From Oscillospiraceae bacterium (lineage in GTDB: Bacteria; Bacillota; Clostridia; Oscillospirales; Ruminococcaceae): 64,000 nt of DNA. The position numbers were made by a program, and so were the translations under genes. Below the pieces are notes generated by a model. That model worked only from the letters and a program-made list of their open reading frames with translations. It made no database searches and was not told the DNA's origin. This document shows positions 19,357-26,529 of the stretch, piece by piece. The stretch covers positions 18,553 to 82,552 of the forward strand of contig JAITEB010000035.1 in the NCBI GenBank assembly GCA_031282245.1, in the 5' to 3' direction. Position 1 is the stretch's first letter, and the number at the start of each line of letters is the position of its first letter.

Positions 19357-20052
19357 TCAAAAATCAGTGCGGATATATAAAATATCGCTTTCAGAAACAA
19401 AAATCCTCCCGGCTCTGATAAGTTCAAGTATTGCCAAAAAAGTGGCGATAAGCCCGCTTTTGCCGTCGCCTTCGCAAAAAAAGCGTTTTACTTCGACCGA
19501 GCGCAGATCCGAAAGCGCCGCAAGTATATGGCTTATTTTGGATTCCACAGGAACGACTTCTCTTTTGACAATGCCGTTAAAAGCCGAATCCGGCGGCGGA
19601 AGCTTTGCCCCGCCGCGGCCCGCGGCCGCGAGCATCGCGTCCAGAATCACTTCCGGCGGGTGAATTCTCTCATAAATTAAATCAAACTGTATTCCGGCGG
19701 GCGCTCTCACAAATATTTCGTCCGTATACAGCTCTTTCAGCCGGGCGCTGACAGCTTTTATCAAGCCATATTCTATAAGCTGGCCGCGCAGTTCCTCCCG
19801 AAGCTCGTCGGCTTCCTCATGTTTTGGCAGCAGCATAGCCGACTTGATATAAACAAGCCTTGCGGCCATCTCCAGAAACTCGCTTGAAACTTCCAGATCA
19901 AGGCTGTTCATGCGGCCGATATAGTCAAGATACTGCAAAACCAGCGCGTTTATTTCTATATCATAGATATTCAGCTTATGCTTTGATATAAGGCTGAGCA
20001 TCAAATCAAGGGGACCTTCAAAGATTTCCAGTTTAAACTGCGGTTTTTCCAT
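19357..20052 (-). CDS. scpA: Segregation and condensation protein A
   Basis: 231 aa. The N-terminus FEGPLDLMLSLISKHKLNIYDIEI is the kleisin ScpA signature. Confidence 0.9.
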   Translation of the reverse strand: MEKPQFKLEIFEGPLDLMLSLISKHKLNIYDIEINALVLQYLDYIGRMNSLDLEVSSEFLEMAARLVYIKSAMLLPKHEEADELREELRGQLIEYGLIKAVSARLKELYTDEIFVRAPAGIQFDLIYERIHPPEVILDAMLAAAGRGGAKLPPPDSAFNGIVKREVVPVESKISHILAALSDLRSVEVKRFFCEGDGKSGLIATFLAILELIRAGRIFVSESDILYIRTDF

Positions 20053-20065
20053 TTGTTTGAGAAAC

Positions 20066-20737
20066 CTAAGAAAAAAATTTATACGGGAAAAGCATAAGAT
20101 TAAAAATACGTTCCGTCAAAAAGGCTATCGGCTTGCCAAGAACGCCTGTAAACATCAGCAGAAAAACGGCTATAGAAATATAGCGCTCGTAAATCAGCAT
20201 TTTGTAATAAAGCCTGTCCGGAAGAATCAGCGCAAAAATTTTCGAGCCGTCCAGCGGCGGCACGGGGATCAGGTTAAAAACCGCAAGGCTTACGCTGACA
20301 TAGGCCATACCGATCAGAATATTTAAAATATAATAAATAACTATATCAGGCAAAGAAGCCAGACTGCCTGAGAAAATAAGCATAAGTCTGACCAGAGCAG
20401 TCAGAACAAGGGCAAAAATCAAATTTGAAAGCGGCCCCGCAAGGGCCGTAAGGCCCATCCCGGTTTTCGGCTTTTTAAAATTTCGCGGGTCAACGGGCAC
20501 GGGCTTTGCCCAGCCGAAACCCATCAGCAAAAGCAAAATAGAACCCAGCGGATCCAAGTGCTTTATCGGGTTAAGAGTAAGCCTGCCCATGTTTTTCGCG
20601 GTACTGTCGCCCAGCCTGCAGGCTGTCCAGGCGTGGGCGGCCTCGTGAACCGGCAGAAGAAAAACCATTATTATCAGCCGGGAGATAATAACTTCCGGGC
20701 TGATTCCGGGAACAAGACTGCTGAAAAATCCTCTCAA
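20066..20737 (-). CDS. Site-2 protease family (M50) membrane metalloprotease
   Basis: 223 aa, multi-TM, with HEAAHAW (HExxH) in the first TM region. TTG start. Confidence 0.8.
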   Translation of the reverse strand: MRGFFSSLVPGISPEVIISRLIIMVFLLPVHEAAHAWTACRLGDSTAKNMGRLTLNPIKHLDPLGSILLLLMGFGWAKPVPVDPRNFKKPKTGMGLTALAGPLSNLIFALVLTALVRLMLIFSGSLASLPDIVIYYILNILIGMAYVSVSLAVFNLIPVPPLDGSKIFALILPDRLYYKMLIYERYISIAVFLLMFTGVLGKPIAFLTERIFNLMLFPYKFFS

Positions 20738-20858
20738 ATAATCATAACCTTTTTGAATTTATAAAACAAGCCGCAGGCGGCGCGCCCTGCAGTTTGCAGT
20801 CGCTCCGATACCATAATTATACACAGAAATATCACATATTGCAATAGCCCGCGGTTTA

Positions 20859-21554
20859 TTAATTGCGTTTTTTAACTTTCACAAAGCGACCGGCGGCCCG
20901 GCCTTCTTTGTTGACCTGTCTTGCCCTTGCAATTGAAAGCGCGTCGTCCGGCACATCCTCCGTAATGGTGGAACCAGCCGCGATATACGCGCGGTCGCCG
21001 ACTTTCACAGGGGCGATAAGATTCGTGTTACAGCCGATAAAAGCGTCATTCCCGACAAAACAGCGTCCTTTTGCGGCGCCGTCATAATTGACCGTGACGC
21101 AGCCGCAGCCGAAATTGACGTTCTGGCCTATATCGCTGTCTCCGATATAAGTCAGGTGCGCGATATGGCTTTCCTCGCCGATAACAGAATTCTTAATCTC
21201 GACAAAATCCCCGACGTGCGCCTGGGATTTGATATGGCAGTTCGGCCTTATATGGCTGAAAGGGCCTATCGAAACGCCGCTTTCTATTTTAGAGTCATAA
21301 ACCTGGCTTGCGTTTATCACGGAGCCCGCGCCTATCTCCGATCTTTCCACCAAAGAGCAGGGGCCAACGGCGCTGCCCGCGCATATCCGGCTTTTGCCCT
21401 TTATAACCGTACACGGATAGATAGTCGCCCCCGCTTCAATTTCGGCTTCCGGGCTTATCAAAACGCCTGAAAAGTCCGGGATAAGCACGCCACTTTCCGT
21501 CAGGCGCAATAATTGCTCACGCGACATAAAAAAATTATTTTCCTTGTTTTCCAT
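20859..21554 (-). CDS. Left-handed beta-helix acetyltransferase equivalent to the C-terminal half of GlmU (glucosamine-1-phosphate N-acetyltransferase domain only)
   Basis: 231 aa. GPFSHIRPN..VGDFVEIKNS..HLTYIGDSDIGQNVNFGCGCVTVNYDGAAK..IGCNTNLIAPVKVGD aligns by eye with E. coli GlmU residues ~230-456. No nucleotidyltransferase domain is present. Confidence 0.8.
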   Translation of the reverse strand: MENKENNFFMSREQLLRLTESGVLIPDFSGVLISPEAEIEAGATIYPCTVIKGKSRICAGSAVGPCSLVERSEIGAGSVINASQVYDSKIESGVSIGPFSHIRPNCHIKSQAHVGDFVEIKNSVIGEESHIAHLTYIGDSDIGQNVNFGCGCVTVNYDGAAKGRCFVGNDAFIGCNTNLIAPVKVGDRAYIAAGSTITEDVPDDALSIARARQVNKEGRAAGRFVKVKKRN

Positions 21555-21712
21555 TATAAAACAAACCCTTTCGCGCTAATCTTGTTTTTATAAAGCTTTG
21601 TATCGTATCTCAATATAAATATAGCACTAAACTATATAAAATAAAAACAGATTTATACAATATTTTAAATTTTATAAACTTCTACATATTTTGTTAACAG
21701 AAATCGCAGAAG

Positions 21713-21741
21713 TTGAAATATTTTGCAGATGAGTATATAAT
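21713..21741 (+). promoter_or_regulatory. Consensus sigmaA promoter (TTGAAA-17-TATAAT) upstream of the 62-aa ORF
   Basis: TTGAAA at 21713-21718, an exact 17-nt spacer, and TATAAT at 21736-21741. Confidence 0.55.
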
Positions 21742-21850
21742 CTAGTTGAATATCATGTATGACACTCAAGCCCTTATTTTTAGCAAGCATTTCACCACAG
21801 CCAAATTAATTTCACTAAAAATTTATCAAAAAAGAGGGATGTAGTAGCCT

Positions 21851-22039
21851 ATGGACTACAAAAGTATGTACCTGAGATTATTTAACAACATTACTGACAT
21901 CATCTACTCCGGCTCCGGTCTTGACACAAATGTTATTATCAAACGGCTTGAAGAAACGCAGCGCCAAAGCGAGGAGATGTACATTTCTTCCGACGAACCA
22001 AATATGCGAGTGCTACAGCTATTGCAGGAAAACGCGTGA
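21851..22039 (+). CDS. Small hypothetical protein (62 aa)
   Basis: AGAGGGA RBS, a consensus promoter about 110 nt upstream, and a hairpin plus T-run downstream (about 22053-22095). I recognised no family. Confidence 0.45.
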   Translation: MDYKSMYLRLFNNITDIIYSGSGLDTNVIIKRLEETQRQSEEMYISSDEPNMRVLQLLQENA

Positions 22040-22149
22040 TATTCAAAAAAACGGGGAAGTCCGGGGAAAAAGGCCTTCCCTTTTTTATTTTTTTTATTTT
22101 TTGTTTTTTCTCATATTGCTCAATAAGAACGATAAAACAAAAAAACCTA

Positions 22150-22178
22150 TTGACACCGAAAACAAAAAAAATTATAAT
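22150..22178 (+). promoter_or_regulatory. Perfect consensus sigmaA promoter (TTGACA-17-TATAAT) upstream of alaS
   Basis: TTGACA at 22150-22155, a 17-nt spacer, and TATAAT at 22173-22178. Confidence 0.65.
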
Positions 22179-22201
22179 TAGTCCGTGAGTTAAATAGATT
22201 T

Positions 22202-22244
22202 AAGCTTTCGTCCTGCGCCGTTGGACCGACGAAAGCTTTTTTAA
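22202..22244 (+). terminator. Intrinsic-terminator-like hairpin in the alaS leader (candidate attenuator)
   Basis: AAGCTTTCGTC (22202-22212) pairs with GACGAAAGCTT (22228-22238) across a 15-nt loop, followed by a T run through 22242. It lies between the promoter and the alaS ATG. Confidence 0.6.
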
Positions 22245-22270
22245 CGTCAAAACATGAGGTGATTTTTTAT

Positions 22271-24904
22271 ATGCTCAAACTTGGAGTAAACGAAACAAGA
22301 GAAAAATTCCTGAGCTTTTTCGAGGGCAAAGGCCACCTGCGCCTGCCCAGCTTTTCGCTTGTGCCGCAGAACGACGCAAGCCTGCTTTTGATAAATTCCG
22401 GGATGGCTCCCATGAAAAAATATTTCACCGGCGAAGTGACCCCGCCCCGCAAGCGCGTCAGCACCTGCCAGAAATGTATCCGCACCCCCGATATAGAAAA
22501 CGTCGGCAAAACTTCCCGTCACGGCACTTTTTTTGAGATGCTGGGCAATTTCTCTTTTGGGGATTATTTCAAAAAAGAAGCCGCGGCCTGGGCCTGGGAG
22601 TTTTTTACGCAGGTTCTGGAAATACCGCCGGAAAAGCTTTTTGTGTCCGTTTATCTGGAGGATGACGAAGCCTTTGACATCTGGACAAAAAATGTCGGGG
22701 TAAGCCAAGATCATATGGTCCGTCTGGGGAAAGAGGACAATTTCTGGGAGCACGGCTCCGGCCCCTGCGGTCCCTGCTCGGAGATATATTTTGACCGCGG
22801 CGAAAAATACGGCTGCGGCAGTGGGGACTGCAGGCCCGGCTGCGACTGCGACAGATATATAGAAGTCTGGAACCTTGTTTTCACGCAGTTTGACAGCGAC
22901 GGCAAAGGCGCTTATACCCCGCTTGATCATCCCAATATAGACACGGGCATGGGGCTGGAACGCCTTGCCTGCGTTTTGCAGGGAGTTGAGAACCTGTTTG
23001 AAATTGACACGGTTCAGAATATAATTAAACATGTTTGCGAGATAACCGGACTTGCCTATCATGCGAGCGAGAAAACTGATATTTCTATAAGGGTTATAAC
23101 CGATCACATCAGGAGCACTGTCTTTATGATCTCCGACGGCGTGCGCCCCTCCAACGAGGGCAGGGGCTATGTGCTGCGCCGGCTTCTCAGAAGAGCCGCG
23201 CGCCATGGCCGCTTATTAAATATAGAACGGCCTTTTCTGCACGAACTTGCCGGAACTGTCATAAACGAGAGCAAAGCCGCTTATCCCGAGCTTGAAGAGC
23301 GCGGAAATTATATACTCAGCGCTATAAAGGCCGAAGAAGCGCGCTTTGGGCGCACAATCAGCCAGGGCACGCTTATGCTTTCGGGCCTTATTGACAGGCT
23401 TGAGGCGTCGGGGAAAAAAGCTCTCTCCGGCAAAGACGCTTTCCTGCTTTATGATACTTTCGGCTTCCCGATAGATTTGACGCGCGAAATTCTGGCCGAG
23501 CGCTCAATCGCGCTGGACGAAGAGGGCTTCAGGACCCACATGGAGGCCCAGCGCGTCCGCGCCCGGGAAGCAAGGGCGAAAATCGCCGAAACCTCATGGC
23601 TTGGCGGCCCCGCAGCTTCTTCCGACGCGGCGACCGTCTTTGTCGGCTATGAACAAAACGAAAGCCCCGCTGCCGTGCTGTATATTATCGGAGCGGACGG
23701 CAAACCCGCCGAAAGCCTTCAGGAAGGCGAAGGCGGCGCGATTGTTCTGAACCAAACGCCTTTTTACGCCGAAAGCGGCGGGCAGGTGGGCGACTGGGGC
23801 GAAATTGTCTCCGAGGACGGCGCAAATATAGAAGTGCGCGACTGCCGGAAAACCGCGGGGGGACAGTATCAGCATATCGTACTGGTAAAAGAGGGCGACA
23901 TCAAAAAGGGCGACCGGGTTCTTGCCAGGATAGACGCCTCCAGAAGAGAGGCAATTCGCCGGAATCATACTTCGCTGCACATGCTTCAGGCCGCGCTGCG
24001 GCAGGTTCTTGGCGAGCACGTCCATCAGGCTGGCTCTTATGTGGACGACAGGCGCGGACGCTTCGATTTCAGCCACTATGAAGCCATGACGACCGAAGAA
24101 ATCCGCCGTGTCGAGGAGCTGGTAAACGAAAAAATTCTGGAAGGCATTCCCATTAAGTCCTGCCAAAAATCAATGGACGAAGCAAAGCGGGCGGGCGCAA
24201 TGGCGCTTTTCGGCGAAAAATACGGCGATATTGTCCGCGTTGTCTCTATCGGGGATTACTCAACTGAACTTTGCGGCGGAACCCATGCGGACAACAGCGC
24301 GAAGCTGGGCTTGTTTAAAATTCTTTCGGAAACTTCCGTTGCGGCGGGCACAAGAAGAATTGAGTGCACGACCGGGCGCGGCGTTCTGGAATTAATCGAC
24401 GAGCGGGAAAGCCTTCTTGAAAAAAGCGCGGGGGAAATCAAACTGCGCAGCCCTTCGGAGCTTCCGGAAAAACTGCGCGCGCTTGTCTCAGAATTAAAAG
24501 AGAAAAACAAAGAAATAGAAGCGCTGAACGGCAAGCTTGCCGATGGGCATGTTCAGACGGCGCTGGCTTCTGTAAAGCAAATCGGCGAGATAAAATACGC
24601 CGCCGCTTTCTTTGAGGACGAAAGCGCGGAGACTCTCCGCGGAATCTGCGACAGGCTTCGCGGCAAAGATGAAAATATAGTCGCGCTTATTGCCAACAGG
24701 GGCACGCTTGCGGCGGCGGCGGGCAAAGGCGCAATTGCAAAGGGGCTTCATGCCGGAAAGCTTGTCAAAGACGTTTCCGCCCTGCTGGGCGGCAAAGGCG
24801 GCGGCAGACCGGACAGCGCTATGGCCGGGTTTAAAGATTTCGCGGCCGTCAGCTCCGCCTTGGAAAAAGCCGCCGGAATTATAGAAAACTTTATTAAAAA
24901 ATAG
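22271..24904 (+). CDS. alaS: Alanine--tRNA ligase
   Basis: About 877 aa. It starts MLKLGVNETREKFLSFFEGKGH, has FTNAGM-like NSGMAPMKKYF, the editing-domain HTSLHML, and a DHHA1-like C-terminus. ATG at 22271, 9 nt after GAGGTG. Confidence 0.93.
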   Translation: MLKLGVNETREKFLSFFEGKGHLRLPSFSLVPQNDASLLLINSGMAPMKKYFTGEVTPPRKRVSTCQKCIRTPDIENVGKTSRHGTFFEMLGNFSFGDYFKKEAAAWAWEFFTQVLEIPPEKLFVSVYLEDDEAFDIWTKNVGVSQDHMVRLGKEDNFWEHGSGPCGPCSEIYFDRGEKYGCGSGDCRPGCDCDRYIEVWNLVFTQFDSDGKGAYTPLDHPNIDTGMGLERLACVLQGVENLFEIDTVQNIIKHVCEITGLAYHASEKTDISIRVITDHIRSTVFMISDGVRPSNEGRGYVLRRLLRRAARHGRLLNIERPFLHELAGTVINESKAAYPELEERGNYILSAIKAEEARFGRTISQGTLMLSGLIDRLEASGKKALSGKDAFLLYDTFGFPIDLTREILAERSIALDEEGFRTHMEAQRVRAREARAKIAETSWLGGPAASSDAATVFVGYEQNESPAAVLYIIGADGKPAESLQEGEGGAIVLNQTPFYAESGGQVGDWGEIVSEDGANIEVRDCRKTAGGQYQHIVLVKEGDIKKGDRVLARIDASRREAIRRNHTSLHMLQAALRQVLGEHVHQAGSYVDDRRGRFDFSHYEAMTTEEIRRVEELVNEKILEGIPIKSCQKSMDEAKRAGAMALFGEKYGDIVRVVSIGDYSTELCGGTHADNSAKLGLFKILSETSVAAGTRRIECTTGRGVLELIDERESLLEKSAGEIKLRSPSELPEKLRALVSELKEKNKEIEALNGKLADGHVQTALASVKQIGEIKYAAAFFEDESAETLRGICDRLRGKDENIVALIANRGTLAAAAGKGAIAKGLHAGKLVKDVSALLGGKGGGRPDSAMAGFKDFAAVSSALEKAAGIIENFIKK

Positions 24905-24935
24905 ATATTAATCAGCCGGACAGGGGGTCAAATAA

Positions 24936-25274
24936 ATGAGCTGCATTTTCTGCAAAATCGCGGAGGGAAGCATTCCTTCAAATAAGCTTTATGAGGACGG
25001 CGAAATTCTTGCTTTTCACGACATCGACGCAAAAGCGCCCGTGCACTTTCTCGTTATCCCGAAAGAGCATATCACGGATATATCGGATATAAATCCGGAA
25101 AACAGCCAAATTGTGGCAGCTGTTTTTGAAAGAATCGCCGCGCTTGCAAAAGAGTTAAACCTGGACGGCGGCTATCGCGTTGTGTCAAACTGCGGGGAAG
25201 CCGCGGGGCAAAGCGTCCCGCATCTGCATTTCCATGTTCTGGCCGGGCGTTCGTTTTCCTGGCCGCCGGGCTGA
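24936..25274 (+). CDS. HIT family (histidine triad) nucleotide-binding protein
   Basis: 112 aa. It starts CIFCKI and carries the HLHFHVL triad. Confidence 0.88.
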   Translation: MSCIFCKIAEGSIPSNKLYEDGEILAFHDIDAKAPVHFLVIPKEHITDISDINPENSQIVAAVFERIAALAKELNLDGGYRVVSNCGEAAGQSVPHLHFHVLAGRSFSWPPG

Positions 25275-25325
25275 TTTTTGCTGTTATTTTATAGGGCCTG
25301 AATTTTACAGGAGGTACAAAAAACT

Positions 25326-25862
25326 ATGTCAATTTATAAGCTACAGGTGGCCGGGTTGGAGCGCGGCCTGAAAATCTGTGAGGTAAACGAGCATTTGGAC
25401 ATTGCGGCGTTTATCATGTTCTCTGACGTCGAATTAACCGTCGCCTGCGCGGAGCGGCTCAACGCCCTTGCGCCCGAGCACGATCTGATTATTACAGCGG
25501 AATCCAAGGGGATTCCGCTGGCTTACGAAATGAGCAGGCAGTCCGGCAAAAAGTATATTCTGGCAAGAAAATCGCCGAAGCTTTATATGCGCGATCCTGT
25601 ACAGGTGGACGTTAAGTCTATAACGACGGCCAAAATACAGGCGCTCTATTTGGACAGCGAAGACCTTGAGCATATGCGGGGCAAAAAAATATTGATAGTG
25701 GACGATGTTATAAGCACAGGCGACAGCGTCCGCGCCATTGAAAAACTGGTCGAACACGCCGACGCAACGGTTGTGGGCAAGATGGCTGTTCTGGCGGAGG
25801 GCGACGCGATTAACCGGAAAGATATTATATACCTTGCGGAACTTCCGGTTTTTCCGAAATAA
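25326..25862 (+). CDS. Phosphoribosyltransferase family protein (Apt-like)
   Basis: 178 aa with a PRPP-binding loop (KILIVDDVISTGDS). AGGAGG RBS. Confidence 0.7.
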   Translation: MSIYKLQVAGLERGLKICEVNEHLDIAAFIMFSDVELTVACAERLNALAPEHDLIITAESKGIPLAYEMSRQSGKKYILARKSPKLYMRDPVQVDVKSITTAKIQALYLDSEDLEHMRGKKILIVDDVISTGDSVRAIEKLVEHADATVVGKMAVLAEGDAINRKDIIYLAELPVFPK

Positions 25863-25882
25863 TCTAGAATTGAGGTATCTCT

Positions 25883-26473
25883 ATGAAAAAGTTATTTTTT
25901 GTGATTTTGGTTTTTGCCCTTTTGTCGCAGCTTGCGTCCTGTAAAGGGGCGGCGCCGGAATCGGCGGAAGCGGCCGGTTCGGCCGGGCCTGAATCAACGG
26001 CGCAAGACAGTTCGCCTACTATGGAAGAATCCGGCGAATTGACTGGCAGCTTTTTTTACAGCGACCTGGAATACGGCTTCAGGCTGACGTTCCCCGACGA
26101 ATGGCAGGGCTTTGATGTGAAGACGTCCGGATTTGATTCCGGAAATTCGTCTGCGAGCGCGTTTATTAACGGGGAAATTGTCAGCGTCGACTGCAATATT
26201 ATAGAAATATTCAGCCCCGAATTCCCCGGCAATCCGGACATTCAGCCCGTGGTTATAGCGCTGTTCAGGCTGGAAGACTGGAACTCTTTTGACGACGCCG
26301 AACCCGGCATGAAAGAAGTCTGGCTGAATGGCGGCGGCGGCGCGAGCGGTATGTCCGCGCTTGCCATGAACGACAGCTATGTTTTCACGCTTGGCTGGCG
26401 CAGCTATGGTTTTGCGTACGGCGAGGGCGTGGACGAAGCAATGGCTATCGCGAATTCACTGACCGTTATCTAA
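25883..26473 (+). CDS. Lipoprotein, function unknown
   Basis: Signal peptide with a lipobox (LLSQLASC). No recognisable catalytic motif. Confidence 0.6.
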   Translation: MKKLFFVILVFALLSQLASCKGAAPESAEAAGSAGPESTAQDSSPTMEESGELTGSFFYSDLEYGFRLTFPDEWQGFDVKTSGFDSGNSSASAFINGEIVSVDCNIIEIFSPEFPGNPDIQPVVIALFRLEDWNSFDDAEPGMKEVWLNGGGGASGMSALAMNDSYVFTLGWRSYGFAYGEGVDEAMAIANSLTVI

Positions 26474-26503
26474 CGGGCGAGCGCAATTCGCCCGTTAGAT
26501 AAC
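26465..26503 (+). terminator. 16-bp perfect hairpin overlapping the lipoprotein stop codon (weak T tract)
   Basis: GTTATCTAACGGGCGA, loop GCGCAAT, then TCGCCCGTTAGATAAC. It is followed only by AGGATTTT. Confidence 0.4.
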
Positions 26504-26529
26504 AGGATTTTCACAAAGGAATATAACAC

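Noticed and set aside
20859-21850. Possibility that the GlmU-half gene is a truncated pseudogene.
   Set aside because: The ORF has its own RBS and ATG at the domain boundary. The upstream 300 bp is AT-rich and shows no frame encoding nucleotidyltransferase motifs (no LAAG.G.RM-type signature), so I call it an intact stand-alone gene.
22040-22270. Looked for a T-box upstream of alaS, and likewise upstream of asnS at 4551-4844 (minus strand).
   Set aside because: No GGTGGTACCGCG-like T-box sequence, AGAGA box or specifier-loop architecture is present. The alaS leader is only about 90 nt.
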